Positions 62,486-64,000 of a stretch of DNA of 64,000 nt are shown one piece after another. The stretch lies in NCBI GenBank assembly GCA_004022145.1, contig RCNU01000002.1. One strand, 5' to 3'. The notes under the pieces are model-generated. The model was not told the DNA's origin, did not search any database, and saw only the letters and a list, made by a program, of their open reading frames with translations. Made by a program: the position numbers and the translations under genes. Within the stretch, counting starts at the first letter, position 1. The number at the start of each line of letters is the position of its first letter. This DNA is from Paecilomyces variotii. Lineage: Eukaryota.

Positions 62486-64000
62486 ATGGTTCAGTCTTCC
62501 GTTCTGGGTTTCCCCCGTATGGGAGCCCTGAGAGACCTCAAGAAGGCTACTGAGGCTTACTGGGCGGACAAGATCTCTCAGGCTGATCTCCTGGCTGAGG
62601 GAAAGAGACTCCGTGCTGCTCACTGGAAGATCCAGAAGGATGCCGGTGTCGACATCATCCCTTCCAATGACTTCTCGTACTACGACCAGGTCCTTGACCA
62701 CATCCAGCTCTTCGGTGCTGTTCCTGAGCGTTACAGCGCTCAGAAACTGAGCCCCCTCGACGAGTACTTCGCCATGGGCCGTGGTCACCAGAAGGGTGGT
62801 GTTGATGTGCCCTCTCTGGAGATGGTGAAATGGTTTGACAGCAACTACCACTACACCAAGCCCACCGTTAAGGATGGCCAGACTTTCACCCTGGCCAAGG
62901 ACCCTAAGCCCGTCCGGGAGTTCCTCGAGGCCAAGGAGGCCGGAATCAATACCAGACCCGTTATTCTGGGACCTGTCTCTTTCCTTGCTCTGGGAAAGGC
63001 CGACCGTGGTTCCACCGTCGACCCCATTTCCCTGATTGACAAGCTTGTCCCCGTGTATGTCGAGCTTCTCAAGGCTCTCAAGGCTGCTGGTGCAGACAAT
63101 GTTCAGATCGACGAGCCGGTTCTTGTTTTCGATCTGAGACCCGAGGTCAAGGCTGCTTTCAAGCCTGCCTACGAGACCATTGGATCCCTCGGTGCTGCCG
63201 CACCTGAGCTCATCGTGGCCACTTACTTTGGAGACATTGTTCACAACTTCGATGTTCTGCCTGCTTTTGCCAACCTTAAGGGTATTCACGTTGATCTGGT
63301 TCGCAACCCCGAGCAGCTTGAGCCGGTTATCAAGCAGCTCGGTCCCAAGCAGATTCTGTCTGCTGGTGTCGTTGACGGACGTAACATCTGGAAGAACGAC
63401 TTCAAGAAGACTCTTGACATCCTCAACACCGCCATCAGCGCCCTCGGCAAGGAGCGTGTCATTGTTGCTACTTCCAGCTCCCTCCTCCACGTTCCCCACA
63501 CCCTCGCCAACGAGAAGAAGCTGCCCGAGGAAGTCTACCAGTGGTTCTCCTTCGCCGTCGAGAAGGTCCGTGAAGTCGCGATCCTTGCCAAGGCTGTTAC
63601 CGAAGGCCCTGCCTCTGTTCAGTCCGAGCTTGACGCCAACGCTGCTGCCATCAAGTCTCGTGCTGAATCTCAGCGTACCAACGACCCCAAGGTTAAGGAA
63701 CGCCAGAGCCAGGTCACTCCTGAGATGCACAACCGCAAGTCTCCATTCGAGACTCGCTATGCTCAGCAGAAGAAGCACCTCAGCATTCCCCTCTTCCCTA
63801 CGACCACTATCGGCTCCTTCCCCCAGACTCAGGAGATCAGAATCCAGAGAAACAAGTTCACCAAGGGTGAGATCACTCAGGAGCAGTATGACGCATTCAT
63901 CCGCAGCGAGATCGACAAGTGCATCCAGATTCAGGATGAGCTTGGCCTTGACGTCTACGTGCACGGTGAGGCCGAGCGTAACGACATGGTGCAGTACTTC
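62486..64000 (+). CDS. MET6: Cobalamin-independent methionine synthase, 3' end runs off the window
   Basis: MVQSSVLGFPRMGALRDLKKATEAYW, EMVKWFDSNYHY, GVVDGRNIW, PTTTIGSFPQT and VHGEAERNDMVQYF. Absent from the ORF track because its stop lies outside the window. Confidence 0.98.
   Translation, partial: MVQSSVLGFPRMGALRDLKKATEAYWADKISQADLLAEGKRLRAAHWKIQKDAGVDIIPSNDFSYYDQVLDHIQLFGAVPERYSAQKLSPLDEYFAMGRGHQKGGVDVPSLEMVKWFDSNYHYTKPTVKDGQTFTLAKDPKPVREFLEAKEAGINTRPVILGPVSFLALGKADRGSTVDPISLIDKLVPVYVELLKALKAAGADNVQIDEPVLVFDLRPEVKAAFKPAYETIGSLGAAAPELIVATYFGDIVHNFDVLPAFANLKGIHVDLVRNPEQLEPVIKQLGPKQILSAGVVDGRNIWKNDFKKTLDILNTAISALGKERVIVATSSSLLHVPHTLANEKKLPEEVYQWFSFAVEKVREVAILAKAVTEGPASVQSELDANAAAIKSRAESQRTNDPKVKERQSQVTPEMHNRKSPFETRYAQQKKHLSIPLFPTTTIGSFPQTQEIRIQRNKFTKGEITQEQYDAFIRSEIDKCIQIQDELGLDVYVHGEAERNDMVQYF

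Noticed and set aside
62471-63964. 497-aa minus-strand ORF
   Set aside because: Antisense shadow of the strongly codon-biased MET6 gene; no recognisable motifs.

Overview
Gene-dense, intron-containing DNA from a filamentous ascomycete (Eurotiales-like gene content and codon usage; the species cannot be fixed from sequence alone). Core genes: SIP3/LAM1 (partial), KRI1, mitochondrial ADP/ATP carrier, STB3-like, TPT1, SEA4/MIO, EFG1, a secreted GH35 beta-galactosidase, an F-box/LRR protein ending in a CaaX box, PAS kinase, a TBC1D5/Gyp6-like Rab-GAP and MET6 (partial). From 18.3 to 27.9 kb lies a five-gene putative catechol/3-oxoadipate cluster (family III CoA-transferase, NTF2/SnoaL-like protein, Zn2Cys6 regulator, alpha/beta-hydrolase, intradiol dioxygenase) whose promoters share a repeated TCGGAT motif. 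An AT-richer accessory island follows (about 28.5-35.3 kb) with a TA-flanked MITE, a 2.2-kb segment bounded by long inverted repeats that carries an intact F-box-like gene, a second F-box gene and a PD-(D/E)xK-like ORF. At the island's right edge is an unannotated, highly structured RNA polymerase III-type transcription unit of about 250 nt (TATA, A box, B box, five or more helices, T7 terminator) that does not fold as a tRNA; it is the most intriguing signal here. A decayed kinase pseudogene lies near 57.7-58.2 kb. All calls were made by eye with no database searches, so exon boundaries are manual estimates.
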